Positions 10,366-21,904 of a stretch of 64,000 nucleotides of DNA are shown here, piece after piece. The translations under genes were made by a program, and so were the position numbers. This stretch comes from Candidatus Latescibacterota bacterium (GTDB lineage: Bacteria; Latescibacterota; UBA2968). Positions within the stretch are counted from its first letter, which is position 1. Each line of letters begins with the position of its first letter. Below the pieces are notes generated by a model. It had not been told where the DNA came from, did not search any database, and worked only from the letters and a program-made list of their open reading frames with translations. Location: assembly GCA_965198115.1 (NCBI GenBank), contig OZ240241.1:1824001-1888000 (forward strand). The letters run 5' to 3'.

Positions 10366-11300
10366 CGGGCCCTCGAAAACCGGTTACCGATCACCCTGAG
10401 CGCCCTTCTCGGAAGCGTAAGGAGAATCAGGACGATCAGTCGAAGCCCGGTAGCCCATCGCAAGGCATCGACGATATTTTCCAGTCGAGCGAAATCGCGA
10501 GATTCGACAATCTCGCTCAACCTGCCTCCGATAACACCGTCCAGATGGGTCGCCGCCCGTCCTTCGAGAAACGTCTTGAGTTCCGGAGCTTCTTCGCGTG
10601 TGGCCCAGTCTCGATACATCATAAACAGTTCCGCGATGCCTTCGGCCCGCCGGCGGGTGATCTGTCCGCCGTGCGACCTGTACGAAGCAAGCGGTTCCCG
10701 TATCCCGGCGACTTCGAGGTCCCGCGACACCTGCAGGAACATGTCGTGGTCTTGAACGATCTGATATCGGCGCTCGGACCGGAGCCCTGGGACACGTCTG
10801 ATGACAACCGTGAGGCAGGGGGGACAGAAGTCCACGATCTCTTTGAAAGCGCGTCCTTGTGGAAACGAAAGGCGATTCCCGATCAGCAGACCGTATCTTT
10901 CCCCCGCCTCGTCCATACGGTAGGCGTCCGAGTAGACCAGCCCGATGCTGGCGTTCTCGAACAGGGGAACCTGCTTCTCGAGCTTGTGGGGCTCCCACGT
11001 ATCGTCCGAATCGCAGAACGCGATCAGCTCCCCGTTGGAACAGTCCAGTGCAACCTGCCGGGACGCGCCGGTTTTCAGGTTTCGTGCGTTCCGGTGATAC
11101 CGGATCCGATCATCTTCGCGGGCCAGCTCGGCCACGATCTTTGCCATATCGTCCTCCGAGCCGTCGTCCACGACCACGAGCTCCCAGTTCGCATACGTCT
11201 GGTCCCGCACGCTCCGTATGGCTTCGGCGACGAAGGCCTCCGAGTTGTAGCAGAGCATCTGAACGCTCACCAGCGGGTTGTCCGCTTTCTGCTCCGTCAC
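10362..11300 (-). CDS. Family 2 glycosyltransferase
   Basis: Likely GTG start at 11300 (GTGA overlap). PLVSV..CYN, VVDDGSED, AFCDSDDTW. Confidence 0.9.
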   Translation of the reverse strand: MTEQKADNPLVSVQMLCYNSEAFVAEAIRSVRDQTYANWELVVVDDGSEDDMAKIVAELAREDDRIRYHRNARNLKTGASRQVALDCSNGELIAFCDSDDTWEPHKLEKQVPLFENASIGLVYSDAYRMDEAGERYGLLIGNRLSFPQGRAFKEIVDFCPPCLTVVIRRVPGLRSERRYQIVQDHDMFLQVSRDLEVAGIREPLASYRSHGGQITRRRAEGIAELFMMYRDWATREEAPELKTFLEGRAATHLDGVIGGRLSEIVESRDFARLENIVDALRWATGLRLIVLILLTLPRRALRVIGNRFSRAR

Positions 11301-13057
11301 GCCAGAATACGTCCCAGGGCTTCCAGGTTCTGCGGCGTCAACGGCTCGAACCAGGTGGAGAGAATATCCTTCCCACGCCCTTCGAGCTTGCTCCTCCCTG
11401 CCGCGTCGAGCGTCATCGCGTTGTCGAGCGCCACGGCGACCTCGTCGGGACCGTAGGCCCACGATCCGACGCCCTCGTACCAGGCCAGAGGGTCGTACGG
11501 GGGCATGCAGTGGCTTCCGATCTGGATCACAGGGATCCCCAGGGCCGCAGCTTCCAGGGCAACCCCCGTCCCGGCCGATATCACGACCCTGGCCCGGGCC
11601 AGGATCCCCTCCGCCCGTTCGTCCGTCATCCTCAGACCAGCGTCTTCCCCCAGACGGGCGCTGAAAGCAGGATGCATTTTCCCCACCCAGTCCAGCTGTG
11701 GGAAGGCCTGAGTGAGGGGGGCGATGGTGTCGATCATCTCCAGCACCAGTGTGTCGAAGATCGGGAAGGCGACGAAGACGGTATCGTCTGGTTTGCGCGA
11801 AATCTCGTGCAGGTAGCTGTAGCGAAGGCCGCAGAATACTTTGGTTCGAATACGGCGATTGCTACCGGCACGGAAGATCTCCGAAGGCCGACTGCCGCTC
11901 GTCAACACGATTTGGGGAACGAGACCGGCCCGGCAGTGAGATTCGGCATAGATCGTACTCAGGCGGTTCGGAAAAAGCGGCACGTTCTGCAACCCGATTC
12001 GCCTAGCCAATGGAAAGCTGAGACTGAATCCGCGCAGCAGTCCCCGATCTGTGTTGTAGTTTTCCGACCAGGCGAGCAGCCGCTTAAATTCGAATCCGAG
12101 AGACCGAAGCCTCCTGGGCAGTCGACTGTAAAGGCTTACCGTGCGGGCCGGATTGAGGCCCCACTCGACCCGACGCTCTTCCAGCAACAGCGGTCTGATA
12201 TCAATACGATCCAGCCGCACGGGCGGGCAGGGCATCGCAACCAGCCTGAGCGCGTCCACCGCTGCGCCCACGAAGTCCGCAAACGCGAATAGCGACGGGG
12301 CGTGCAGGTAGGCCGAATCTGCTCCAACTCGGGTTGCCCGTCCGCGATCATCTTCGGCGTAGGACGGCATGATCGCGGCAGTGAGATCCTCTCTGGCGAA
12401 CCAATGCCGCATCCCGGGCAGATTCGCATCGATGTCCTGCGCCGTATCCGAACCGGGGGCCGGTCCCGGGGCGGTGACCAGCAGATCGTAAGACTTCCCC
12501 CTCGGCCTTTTGCGCGCCAGTTGGCCAAGTCCCCGGAACAGGAAACGCATCGTGCTCAGCAACGGCCGGAGCGCCCGCAAAACCAGCCCCTTGCGCAAGG
12601 ACCGAACCCGGTGATACGTCAGTCCCTTCTTGCGGAGCATCGCCTCTATGCAACGAATTAAGCCGCGCGACTCGGCGACGATCACTCCAGGACAATCGCC
12701 CTTCTGCAACAGACGATTCAGTACCTCCAGGTAGCAGACCCGGAAGAAGACAGGCGACCCGGCGGAGTTCGCTTCCGACACCTGCGTCAGCCACCACACC
12801 CGTTGATGTCCGAACCGGTCGGCTTGCTTCTCCAGGAGCGCCCGGAAGGCTGGCCGGACGCCTTCTGCGGCCTCGGCGAGCGGCCGGCCGCTCGCGACCC
12901 TGCCGTCACCACCCAGACAGTCTTCCCAGGACTTTGCCGCCTCGACATTCGAGCCCAAAAAGACCCACTTCTTCCCGGCCAGTGCCCCTGCCGCTCTGGA
13001 CGGTCCGTCCAAGCTCAGCGCAATATGGACGAGGCATGGTCTGCTCGGCCTGGTCAC
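11297..13057 (-). CDS. Surface-carbohydrate biosynthesis protein resembling the LIC13510 (TIGR04326) family
   Basis: WWLTQVSEAN motif, KMHP, and GTGVALEAAALGIPVI in a GT-B-like C-terminus. Confidence 0.5.
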   Translation of the reverse strand: MTRPSRPCLVHIALSLDGPSRAAGALAGKKWVFLGSNVEAAKSWEDCLGGDGRVASGRPLAEAAEGVRPAFRALLEKQADRFGHQRVWWLTQVSEANSAGSPVFFRVCYLEVLNRLLQKGDCPGVIVAESRGLIRCIEAMLRKKGLTYHRVRSLRKGLVLRALRPLLSTMRFLFRGLGQLARKRPRGKSYDLLVTAPGPAPGSDTAQDIDANLPGMRHWFAREDLTAAIMPSYAEDDRGRATRVGADSAYLHAPSLFAFADFVGAAVDALRLVAMPCPPVRLDRIDIRPLLLEERRVEWGLNPARTVSLYSRLPRRLRSLGFEFKRLLAWSENYNTDRGLLRGFSLSFPLARRIGLQNVPLFPNRLSTIYAESHCRAGLVPQIVLTSGSRPSEIFRAGSNRRIRTKVFCGLRYSYLHEISRKPDDTVFVAFPIFDTLVLEMIDTIAPLTQAFPQLDWVGKMHPAFSARLGEDAGLRMTDERAEGILARARVVISAGTGVALEAAALGIPVIQIGSHCMPPYDPLAWYEGVGSWAYGPDEVAVALDNAMTLDAAGRSKLEGRGKDILSTWFEPLTPQNLEALGRILA

Positions 13058-13099
13058 GGGCTGACCAGGAGGCCTGGCCCCCCAGACAGTAGGCTCATG

Positions 13100-13891
13100 T
13101 CAGTCCCCGCCGGCAACGGTGAAGACCTCACCCGTAATGAAATCGCCTGCACTAGAAAGAAGGTAGGCCACCATTCTGGCAACATCTTGCGGCTGCCCCA
13201 TTCTGCGAAGCGGTATCAGCTGTACCCGCGCATCCATGTCTTCCTTCGGATAGTCGTCGTGAAAAGCGGTGTCGATCACGCCGGGACGAATGGCGTTCGC
13301 CAGGACATTTCGCTTCGCGCCTTCCTTGGCCAATCCCTTCGTGAACAGCTCGAGAGCCGACTTTGATGCGGCATAGTGCAACGTGGAAGCCGAGCCGGCA
13401 TACTTCACTCCCACCGAGCTGATGTTGATGATCCTACCTCCCTCGGGGGCCTTCATGTGACGCAAGGCGGCCTGGGTGAGCAGGACGGGAGCGAAGAAGT
13501 TGAGCTGCATGGTCTGTCGCCACACCTCGATGGGCAGTTCAGCGAAGGACCTTCTTGCGAACATGTCCCCTGCGTTATTCACGAGCGCATCGATCCCACC
13601 GAATCGTTCCACGAATCCAGATACGAGGGGCTCCGCGGAACCTTCGTCCAGAAGGTCGGCCTCGAAACGTTTGGCGCTGAGCCCCACATCTGCTAGGCGT
13701 TCACACAGAGCTTCTGCCTCTCGCCCGGATCTGCAATAGTGGACCCCAACTGAGGCACCCGCCTCCGCGAGCTCTTCAGTGATCGATGCGCCGATGCCCC
13801 TGGCCGCACCGGTCACAAGGACCCTTTTGCCTTCAAGCCCTTGCCGGCGCCTTCCCCCTGGCGATATCCTGTTCACCTTCTTCCGTGCCAA
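13100..13891 (-). CDS. SDR-family NAD(P)-dependent oxidoreductase
   Basis: TGAARGIG, NNAG, YAASK, PG.IDT. Confidence 0.92.
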   Translation of the reverse strand: MARKKVNRISPGGRRRQGLEGKRVLVTGAARGIGASITEELAEAGASVGVHYCRSGREAEALCERLADVGLSAKRFEADLLDEGSAEPLVSGFVERFGGIDALVNNAGDMFARRSFAELPIEVWRQTMQLNFFAPVLLTQAALRHMKAPEGGRIINISSVGVKYAGSASTLHYAASKSALELFTKGLAKEGAKRNVLANAIRPGVIDTAFHDDYPKEDMDARVQLIPLRRMGQPQDVARMVAYLLSSAGDFITGEVFTVAGGD

Positions 13892-13984
13892 TCCACTCCC
13901 CTCAGGCGCTGCATGTCGCGGACCTCATCTAGATGCTCACCAGCGGACCCGAAACCGTTCTCCTTGGACCAAGAATCTAAGCGG

Positions 13985-15133
13985 TCACAGCCCTCTCGGC
14001 ACTCTTCGGACGCATATCCATATGTCTCTTGCACCGCGCCTGGCGTGGAAGACAACGAAATGAAAGGCCGCGCGTATCACATCGGCTGCCAGGTTTACCT
14101 TCAGATTGGTCTTCTCCGCGAAACCGAACAGATGGGCAATGGCCGCCACTCGGGCTTTGCTGGAGCCGTTGCTTCCTGGGAGTTCGGATGAATTCATCCT
14201 CGGCTGAAGCGCCAGCATATACGTTGTTTCGTATGTCTTTCGGAAAGTAGCTCGGGCCGTCTGCCCATCCCAGCCAATTGGTGCTGTCAGATCCAAGAAT
14301 CTCCAGATGCGATCCATCTCATCCTCGGGGCTGCTCACCAGCCTTTCATATCTGACGACAAGGCTACGCTTCGCTGGCAGATTGTGGGCCGCACATAGGG
14401 CCGCCCGATATTCCCTGATCGCCTCGAATACCGGGAATGCAAAGGTTCTGTGCATTGACCATATCGTATCTACCGCGTTTCGCGTAATGTGTACAAAACG
14501 TGCCCGGGGATACCACGCCATCAGGTCTTTCAAGAAATACAAATGGCGAGGCGACTTCTCCAACCACACCTCTTGGGGGGAATGCTTATGTTCCGCCGCT
14601 TTGACGTTGTACATAAGCAAGTTGAGAAGCAAACCGGGGTCCAGGCCACCTACCTTTACCATCGTGACAATGACCTCACGAAAGCCCTCTTCCAATTCGA
14701 AGCCCAGATTCCCCTCGATTCTCGAGAGTACCATTTCCACCTCGACCAGAGAAATCCTCCTCAGGCGGTCCTGACGGGTGATCGGGTATTGCTCTCGGTA
14801 TGTGAGCGGTTCCCAAGGAACCAGCGTAGATTGGAACAGCTTTGTCTCTGGCAAAGTGACAACGGCGGGATGGGATGCAATCAGTGACTGCAACCACGTT
14901 GTTCCTGACCGGGGAACCCCTAATACGAAGACAGGGGCGATGCAGGTCTTCAACGAAATGCCCCGGCGGAAAGCGAGGTCGACCACTTCCATCGGAGGCA
15001 CGGAAGATCTGCGAATCCTGCCGCTATGTTGCCCGGACGCAATGGGTTGCATATTCCTACTATCCAAACCACAGAGGAAGTAATTCCAGCGTGCAGGGGC
15101 TAGTTCGATTACGCAGAGTGAGAAGAACCCCAC
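13985..15133 (-). CDS. Sulfotransferase (Sulfotransfer_3-like); true start probably downstream of the ORF start
   Basis: PVFVLGVPRSGTTWL (PAPS loop), WLEKSP, HITRN..D..WS, VRYERLV. Visibly more AT-rich than its neighbours. Confidence 0.8.
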   Translation of the reverse strand: MGFFSLCVIELAPARWNYFLCGLDSRNMQPIASGQHSGRIRRSSVPPMEVVDLAFRRGISLKTCIAPVFVLGVPRSGTTWLQSLIASHPAVVTLPETKLFQSTLVPWEPLTYREQYPITRQDRLRRISLVEVEMVLSRIEGNLGFELEEGFREVIVTMVKVGGLDPGLLLNLLMYNVKAAEHKHSPQEVWLEKSPRHLYFLKDLMAWYPRARFVHITRNAVDTIWSMHRTFAFPVFEAIREYRAALCAAHNLPAKRSLVVRYERLVSSPEDEMDRIWRFLDLTAPIGWDGQTARATFRKTYETTYMLALQPRMNSSELPGSNGSSKARVAAIAHLFGFAEKTNLKVNLAADVIRAAFHFVVFHARRGARDIWICVRRVPRGL

Positions 15134-15199
15134 GCAGAACCCCTCGGGTCTCTCTGAGAGTAGCTTTCCTTGCCATCGACCGATTCCTACAGACCTTGT

Positions 15200-16112
15200 A
15201 TGTCATAGCATGAAAGCGTTCTACAGTCGGCAAACTCAACTCGTGGTGATTTTCGGTAACGAATAGTCGTAGCTCGGATAGCTGTTCCTCAGATGCCGGA
15301 GATCTTCAATCTGCATGGACGGTATTCTCGCGCATGACCCCGTAACCAGGTCCACTCCCGGTTACGATGCCCGAAAGGTCGAATGGCGGAGTCCGCCGTG
15401 AACATAGTTTGAACCGGCGCAGAAACAGGGTTGCGTACCGTCTGTCGCACAGGGCAATGCTGCCGAACCAGAGCGTCTGGGCGACATCCCACCACGTCTA
15501 CTTCGGGAATCCGATGATGAGGTTCGTCCTGAGCGTGCTCCCTTGCCGCTCGGCCTCGAGGATCGACTCCACGAATTCAGGTAGGTGGATCAGTTTCTTG
15601 ATCTTCTGAAGCGTCCGCTCGGATCCACTCTCAGGCACGTAGACCAGATACTCGCATCCGGTCTCCCTCAGCAGGCTCAGAATCTCCTCGTCGAGGACCT
15701 CGCTTCGCGTACCCGTGGGCAGAGACCAGGAGAGGTCGAATTTCTCTCTCTCAGCAGTCTCTGGAGGAATGCGAGACCCACTTCCCGTTCACGATGGCGG
15801 TCAGGTCGTACAGCTGCAGGCTCGTGATGTCGTACCGGTCGATGTAGCACTTGATCTCGGCCCTCACATCGTCGATGTCTCGGAGATGGTAGGTCCTGCC
15901 ATACATGAAGGGCTGGAACAGAACGTGCACTCGTAGGGGCAGCCTCGCGACACCAGGAAAGGCACGTCTCTTCCCGTCGAGATGCCGAGCGCCTTCCCCA
16001 CGCCCGGGGGCGGCCGCCCCAGCCCCTACAAGCACCTCAGCGATCGAGGCGCCGATTCCTCTTCCCGCGCCTGTTACAAGGACCCTCTTGCCCCCTCAAG
16101 TCCTTCGGTCAT
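15200..16112 (-). pseudogene. Chimeric scar: SDR N-terminus + radical SAM middle + membrane-protein C-terminus
   Basis: 16112-16010 reads [20 protein letters not shown] (paralog of 13100-13891). 16000-15465 closely matches 25660-25120. 15465-15200 reads GSIALCDRRYATLFLRRF...YPSYDY.VTENHHEL (paralog of 16195-16490). Confidence 0.8.
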
Positions 16113-16194
16113 GTGCAATCCTCACCCGGAAGTCAAACCAGTCCCGGACCCGCGGGGGGAGAGCCGCCAGTATCGGGAATCCAACGCCGTAAGC

Positions 16195-18052
16195 CTAAAG
16201 ACTTCTCATGTCGTAGACTCGGAACCGATCACCCTCGAACATGAGTGGCAATTCAAGATCGTGTTGGTTCTCCGTCACGAAGTAGTCGTAGCCGGGGTAA
16301 TCCATCCTGAGTCTCTTCAGATGAACGAGGCGTAGCGAAAGGTATTTCTCCTCACGCGGTATCCAGCCCCACCGCCGGTGACGACGCCGGGAAGGTCGAA
16401 GTAACTCAGGCCCCGGTGAACGCCTGGGAAGCGAGCCAGGAAAACGGTCGCGTACTTCCTGCTGTACACGGCCATGCTGCCGTCGAATCTCTCGGCAAGG
16501 AACTCCTGCCGCTCACTCAGCGTTCGGAACTCCTTCAGGTAGGATGGCGCTACGAAGGCGGCCTGTCGGCGTGTGTTCTCGCGCACCCAATTGCAGACCT
16601 GGAGGAAGCTCGCGTAGGAAATCCGGTCCTCGCCCGCTCCTTCATCATACAGGTACTCCGAGTCGAGGCCCTTCGCCGCGTAGAAGCTGTGAGCGGGCTG
16701 ACGGTTCCAGTTCAGATAGGCGCGGGCCTCGCCGATTCTCACCCCAAGCTTCTCATCCATCCACGCCGAATCCCATCCTGTGAGCGGCCTCGAAGCGGAC
16801 CACCCCAGCACGCACACGAGGAACAGGCCGAGAAGCCCTCAGCCCATCACTTCATCGGTGCGCCCGGGGGGCCATGCCTTGCCCAGCAGCCCCTCGGCCC
16901 GCGATAGCGTACCCATCAGCAAGGACGCGATGCCGAGTGCAACAACCGGTACGTAGAAGAAAGCCGAAACCGTGAGCACGATCTTCAGCATGAGTGGAAT
17001 CAGCACATCATTCACCGCGTCCGGCAGGTAGGGCATCAGACCCGCTTCCCAGGCCATCGTGAATGCACCGAGAATCCACGGGGCTGCCAGGAACGGAACG
17101 ATCAACGGGTGTCTCAGTGGTGAGCTCAGGGCAGGCCACGCGGATCCGGAGCGCCGTGCCGCATATACGATGATTGTTGCCACAACCGCCGCCACCAACT
17201 CCTTGCGGAAGTATCCATTGTCGATCAGCCAGAGCAGTGATGTGTCATCCGGTTCGTTCTTGATGCAGAAGCGCCAAAACTCGCGATGGAGATCGGCGTC
17301 ACCTCCGCGAGGAGTCCCAACATCGACGCGACGTAGGGAACCATGCCGAGCCCGAAAGGTGCTGCAAACCGAAGCAAGCTCTTTACGCGCGAAATGCGTT
17401 GGTCTGAATCATTCCACGCGTAGATCGTGTATAGTCGCAGGGCCGTGGAGAACGCCAGCATCGTTGCCAGCATGTTCTTCGGATGAATGTAGAAGGCGAT
17501 CACCATCAAGACGGAACTCGTCAGCGGCCTACCCCGAAAGAGAAACGCGCTGCTGACCAGAACCAGAGCCATCGAGGCCTGGCGGAAACTGAGGTAAAGC
17601 GGGGAACGGATTTCGTGTGCCATCAGCCCGAGTGGGGTCGTCACGAAAAACATCAGCATTCCGATTGCACACGCCGTGTATGATCGCGTAATCGTCCAGC
17701 ATAGAAACACCAGTCCCGCGGAGATGGCGAGCTTGATGAGTATGCCACCCACAAGGTGGACGCCTGGCACGTGGAAAAGCTCGGCAACGGCTACAAGGAG
17801 AGCCGACGCTGTCGCCGGAAGGAATTCCGACATCAAAGGATCAACGTCATAGAGACCCTGGTTTTCGATCGCAATACTCACGGGCAGGTAGTAGACGAGC
17901 GATGCACCTGCACCGACGCCGCATCTCAGAACGCTGACAGCAGACGCCAACACCCACAGAAGGACGAGTCTGCCGTTGATCAATAGCGATAGGGGCGCGA
18001 ACAACAAGAGGACCTCGGAGTGTGGAAACCACCTAAACCCGAAGGAGGGCAA
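16195..18052 (-). pseudogene. Fragmented GT-C-like (DUF6798-like) membrane protein
   Basis: Consecutive hydrophobic ORF pieces 17225-18052, 16839-17198 and 16317-16817, plus a tail YPGYDYFVTENQHDLELP ending at TAG 16195. Motifs AFYIHP and WVRENT...FRTLSER. Confidence 0.6.
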
Positions 18053-18062
18053 CCTGTCAAAG

Positions 18063-18983
18063 TTAGCCGTTTGGCGTGAGCGTCCGTTCTGATTGCATCG
18101 ATAGCAGGCGGGGATTCAGAAGCCTTCCCGCCAGGGAAACGGCGGACGACAGGATTAGCACGACGGCAACGGAGGTGAAGCCGCTCAGCAGCGCCCCGAC
18201 GCTCGCGAGGGGAAGCGCGATTCTCTGAACGCGGAAATGCGAGCCGAGCGTGAGATCCACGACGATCAGGGGCACCGCGACAACCAACGCGATTGAACCG
18301 TGGACGAGGCTCTCAGACGATGGGATTTGGTCGGCCATCACCACCAGAGTCTGCCCCGCCACAGCAGCGGCGGCGAGCACGCGGAACCTACGAAGGAACG
18401 CATTGGGGTCCAGAAACTGGGCGACGATGTTCCAGGTTCCCATCACGAAGCCCATTGCCGGGAGTCCGAGAGCGGCAAACCCGGCCACGCAGACGACGGA
18501 CAGCAACCGGCCCAGAAAAGGGACGTATTCGACCGCAAGCACGATCAGGAGCACCCCGGCCAAGTTCCAGGCCCGGTCGCCGACCACCGCCGCCAAGGCG
18601 CAAACGAGGACGCACCACAGCAGGGATAGCGCCTCCTCGCGAGGCCACGAACGCTTCGGGGCGTCGAAGACCCGAAGGTCGTCATCCAGACCGAGGGCTT
18701 CGAGCGCAAACACCCGGGCCTGATTGCGGTTGTTCTCGTCGATCTGACCGTCTGCTCCGGTCGCGTCGGCCGTGTCCCCCCTCTCGTAGAAGCTGAACGA
18801 CGACCGCGGTATCGCTTTCTCGAACGTTCTGCCTTTCCGCTGCCAGCCGAGCGTGTAGGCGTCGCGATTCCGGTCGATTGTCAGGGACTCCGCGACCTCG
18901 CGGTAGACCGCTTCGGGGACCAGCTTTCGGACGACCCACATCTGCCGGAGCAGAAGAATTTCGAGCGCAAGCCCCAGATTCAC
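18063..18983 (-). CDS. Hypothetical membrane protein
   Basis: Likely GTG start at 18983 overlapping the upstream TGA. Soluble N-terminal part followed by several hydrophobic segments. Confidence 0.6.
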   Translation of the reverse strand: MNLGLALEILLLRQMWVVRKLVPEAVYREVAESLTIDRNRDAYTLGWQRKGRTFEKAIPRSSFSFYERGDTADATGADGQIDENNRNQARVFALEALGLDDDLRVFDAPKRSWPREEALSLLWCVLVCALAAVVGDRAWNLAGVLLIVLAVEYVPFLGRLLSVVCVAGFAALGLPAMGFVMGTWNIVAQFLDPNAFLRRFRVLAAAAVAGQTLVVMADQIPSSESLVHGSIALVVAVPLIVVDLTLGSHFRVQRIALPLASVGALLSGFTSVAVVLILSSAVSLAGRLLNPRLLSMQSERTLTPNG

Positions 18984-20178
18984 GCCGTCACCTTCAACGG
19001 AACGATGGCTTCCTGCCGGTCGACTGAATTCCGTTCGTGGATTGCGGCGGCACAGCGAATCATCTCTTCCGCCGACATCCGCTTCAGGAGGTTTTCCGTT
19101 TCCATGGTGAAGAATCGGAAGCGCCTGAACTGGCTCTGCAGGTAGCGGGCCGTAACGGTGATCTCGGGATAGCTTCCGTACATACAGCCCGCGCAGCTCC
19201 GCGTGTACCGGTAAACGGAGTCGTGAATCCGGCCGGAACGGTACCAGGACGGGAAACCGCTGTCGTAGATCGGAAACGGTTCGTCCATCTTGAAGTCGCA
19301 GCACGGTTTGAGGTTGCCGTTCGGCTCGATCGCAAAGTAGAGATTGGGCGAGTCGCAGACGTCGTTGTTGCGGCTTCGCCATTTGAGGGGAGCACCCACA
19401 ATAAAGCGATAGACGTCTTCCAGATATTCGTCGGAATCGTAGACGTTGTATCCATCCCGCCGCATTTCTTTGACTTCATCGACGACACGCCGAACGTGGG
19501 GATAGCTCTCCTCTGGAAAGCGGCACCGTTTGTCCGATCGAACGTCCTGAACCCCTGCGGGCGGTCCGGCGTGCTCGTGTGGGCGGGTACCAGTGAAACG
19601 CCCCAACCGATCTCCGTGGCGAACTCGATCACGTCCCGAATGTGGAACAGGTTTCGCGGCATGAGCACCGTCCCGAAAAACGCCGTGCCGTTCGACGGAA
19701 AGATCTCGTTGACGTTGGAGATCGTCTCGATCGCTCCTTCCCAGGAAGCCTTGTAGCCCCCGTTGATCTGATCCTGTGTCGCCCCGTCCAGGCTGTCCAA
19801 CGAGATGCTGATGTCGTGGGCGCCCGCTTCCACGCACCCCCTGAGGGCTTCGGGAGTGGCCAACCCGTTCGTTTGCAGGCGCACGTGGATGTCCACGTCA
19901 TCAAATGCCTTTACGATGTCCGGAAGATCCCGCCTGACGAACGGCTCTCCGCCGATCAGGAGAACGATACACACGCCGATCTCCGCGAGGTTGGCCGCCA
20001 TCGCCCGGATCTGCTCGATGTTCATCTCCTCAACATCCGCATTGCTGTAGATGATGCTGCACTGTTCGCAGGCCAGATTGCAGCGGGCCGTGATGTAGTA
20101 CTGAACGTAGGCCGGGCTCGTCTTGGTGAAGAGGCTGCGCGCCAGCTTCAGCTTCTGTTTTGGTGAGAAGTAGCTCAT
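18980..20178 (-). pseudogene. Radical SAM/SPASM-twitch protein, frameshifted near 19527
   Basis: CNLACEQC and GGEP in the 19084-20214 frame. The Cys-rich C-terminus (CDSP..PNGNLKPCCD..CAGC) is in the 18980-19837 frame. Confidence 0.8.
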
Positions 20179-20903
20179 CGACTTCCCTTCTGGCCTACGG
20201 CAATCAGCGTGCACCCGAACGGGATATCGTGGTGTTTCAGGATAGGAAGCTCGGCCCTCAGAACACTATCCAGCAGGCGATTGACGAAAGGATTCGGCGG
20301 TTTCAGGTCCGAGCCGCCCCTGCCGAACCTGCGCTTCGCCCAGAGCGGCAGGACGAACAGGGGCTGGAAGTAAGATGAACGAAGAACGGTGAAGCCCACA
20401 GACTCCAGCCGCGAAACGAGAACTCGACGCGTGTAGCGCCGAACGTGCCCGAATAGAACGTCGTGTTGGCCGAACAGCCACTGGTAGGCAGGTACGCACA
20501 CGAGGCATTTACCTTTGTCACGGAGGATCTCGTGGATCTGGTTCAGAATGCGCCGGTCATCCTCGACGTGTTCGGCCACATCCACTGCCAGTACAAGGTC
20601 GAACGACTCTGGTCTGAAAGGCAGATCGACGCCGTCAGCCACGGTTACGAAAGCGTCTAACGCTCTCTGCTTCAGCAAACCCAGAGGACGCCTGTTCAGG
20701 TCGACGCCGTACAGCCGCGTGTCGCCGTTCTGAAACCGGCGAAGAAAGTTCCCCGTGTTGCACCCCACTTCCAGGACGCGGCCAGGGTTGGCATCGCAAC
20801 CTGGGATACTCTCCAGCAAGCCCTGCACGACGTGGTACTTGCTGGTGAGCCAGAAATGATCGCTTCCGAAGGCGTCGTACACCAGCCCGAGAGAGGAGTT
20901 CAA
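20175..20903 (-). CDS. Class I SAM-dependent methyltransferase
   Basis: VLEVGCNTG, DVAEHVEDD, VPAYQWLFGQHD...HVRRY, the type commonly paired with GtrB. Start inferred from a TTGA overlap. Confidence 0.85.
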   Translation of the reverse strand: MNSSLGLVYDAFGSDHFWLTSKYHVVQGLLESIPGCDANPGRVLEVGCNTGNFLRRFQNGDTRLYGVDLNRRPLGLLKQRALDAFVTVADGVDLPFRPESFDLVLAVDVAEHVEDDRRILNQIHEILRDKGKCLVCVPAYQWLFGQHDVLFGHVRRYTRRVLVSRLESVGFTVLRSSYFQPLFVLPLWAKRRFGRGGSDLKPPNPFVNRLLDSVLRAELPILKHHDIPFGCTLIAVGQKGSR

Positions 20904-21870
20904 GGAAAGGCTTCCAGCTCGAGATTGGCAGTTTCCCCGACGACGTAGGGTGGAAGCCCCCGGGCGGCATCGAATATCTGTCCCACATACTCCCCGATGA
21001 TGCCCAGTACGGTCAGCTGCACCCCGCCGATGAAGGCGATGGCGAGCGTCGTCCAACCGGGCACGCCCTGGGGATAGTCGAAAAGCAGCTTCGATAGCAC
21101 GACAAGGCCCGCGAACGCGATCGTACCGATGGACATGAACATGCCGGTCACGACGGAGATTCTCAGGGGAACCTTCGAGAACGAGGTCGCACCCGTCAGG
21201 GCCAGGATCAGCAGCCGTTTCAGATCGTACTTCGGTTCCCCGCCGCTGCGAACGCGCCGTTCATACTCAATGTGCGTCTGTCTACCGCCTACCCAACTCC
21301 GAATGCCCCGAACGGCTGGCGCTGGTCTGTGTGTTTTATGACTTCCACGACCTCTCGGCGCATCGCAGAGAAATCGCCTGAATCCAGCGGAACGCTGAAC
21401 GGAACGAGCCACCGGTACAGCCTGTAAAACGTCGCATACGCCGCGCGCTTCCAGATGGACTCCTTCCGCTTTCTGCGGATGCAGTTCACGACGTCGAAGC
21501 CCTCTTTCAGCCTGTCGAACATGGAGCCGAGCAACTCGGGCGGATCCTGACCGTCTGAATCCATCACCGCCACGTACTGCCCCCGTGCGCACCTCAGCCC
21601 TGCGAAAACCGCCAGCTGATGTCCGAAGTTTCGCGACAGCCGAAGTCCCTTCACACGTTTCTCCCGAGACGCGTAGGCTCTGAGTACGTCCCACGTTGCA
21701 TCCTCGCTCCCGTCGTCGACGACAATCACCTCGTATGTTTTCGCGTACGCCTCGAGCGCTCGCGTCAACTCGTCGAGGAAGCCGGGAAGGATGTGCTCCT
21801 CATTGAACGCCGGGCACACCACGCTCAGGATCTCCGTGTCCTGGTCGAGGTTCTGGCTGTGTCTGTCCAT
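20900..21870 (-). pseudogene. GtrB/ArnC-like polyprenyl-phosphate glycosyltransferase (GT2), frameshifted near 21312
   Basis: PAFNEE, DDGS, SRNFGHQLA, DSDGQDPPE in the 21289-21870 frame. RGIRSWVG...two TM...IIGEYVG in the 20900-21694 frame. Confidence 0.85.
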
Positions 21871-21904
21871 GAGCTACCGCGAGTGGTAGGGCGCACTTCG
21901 CCTC

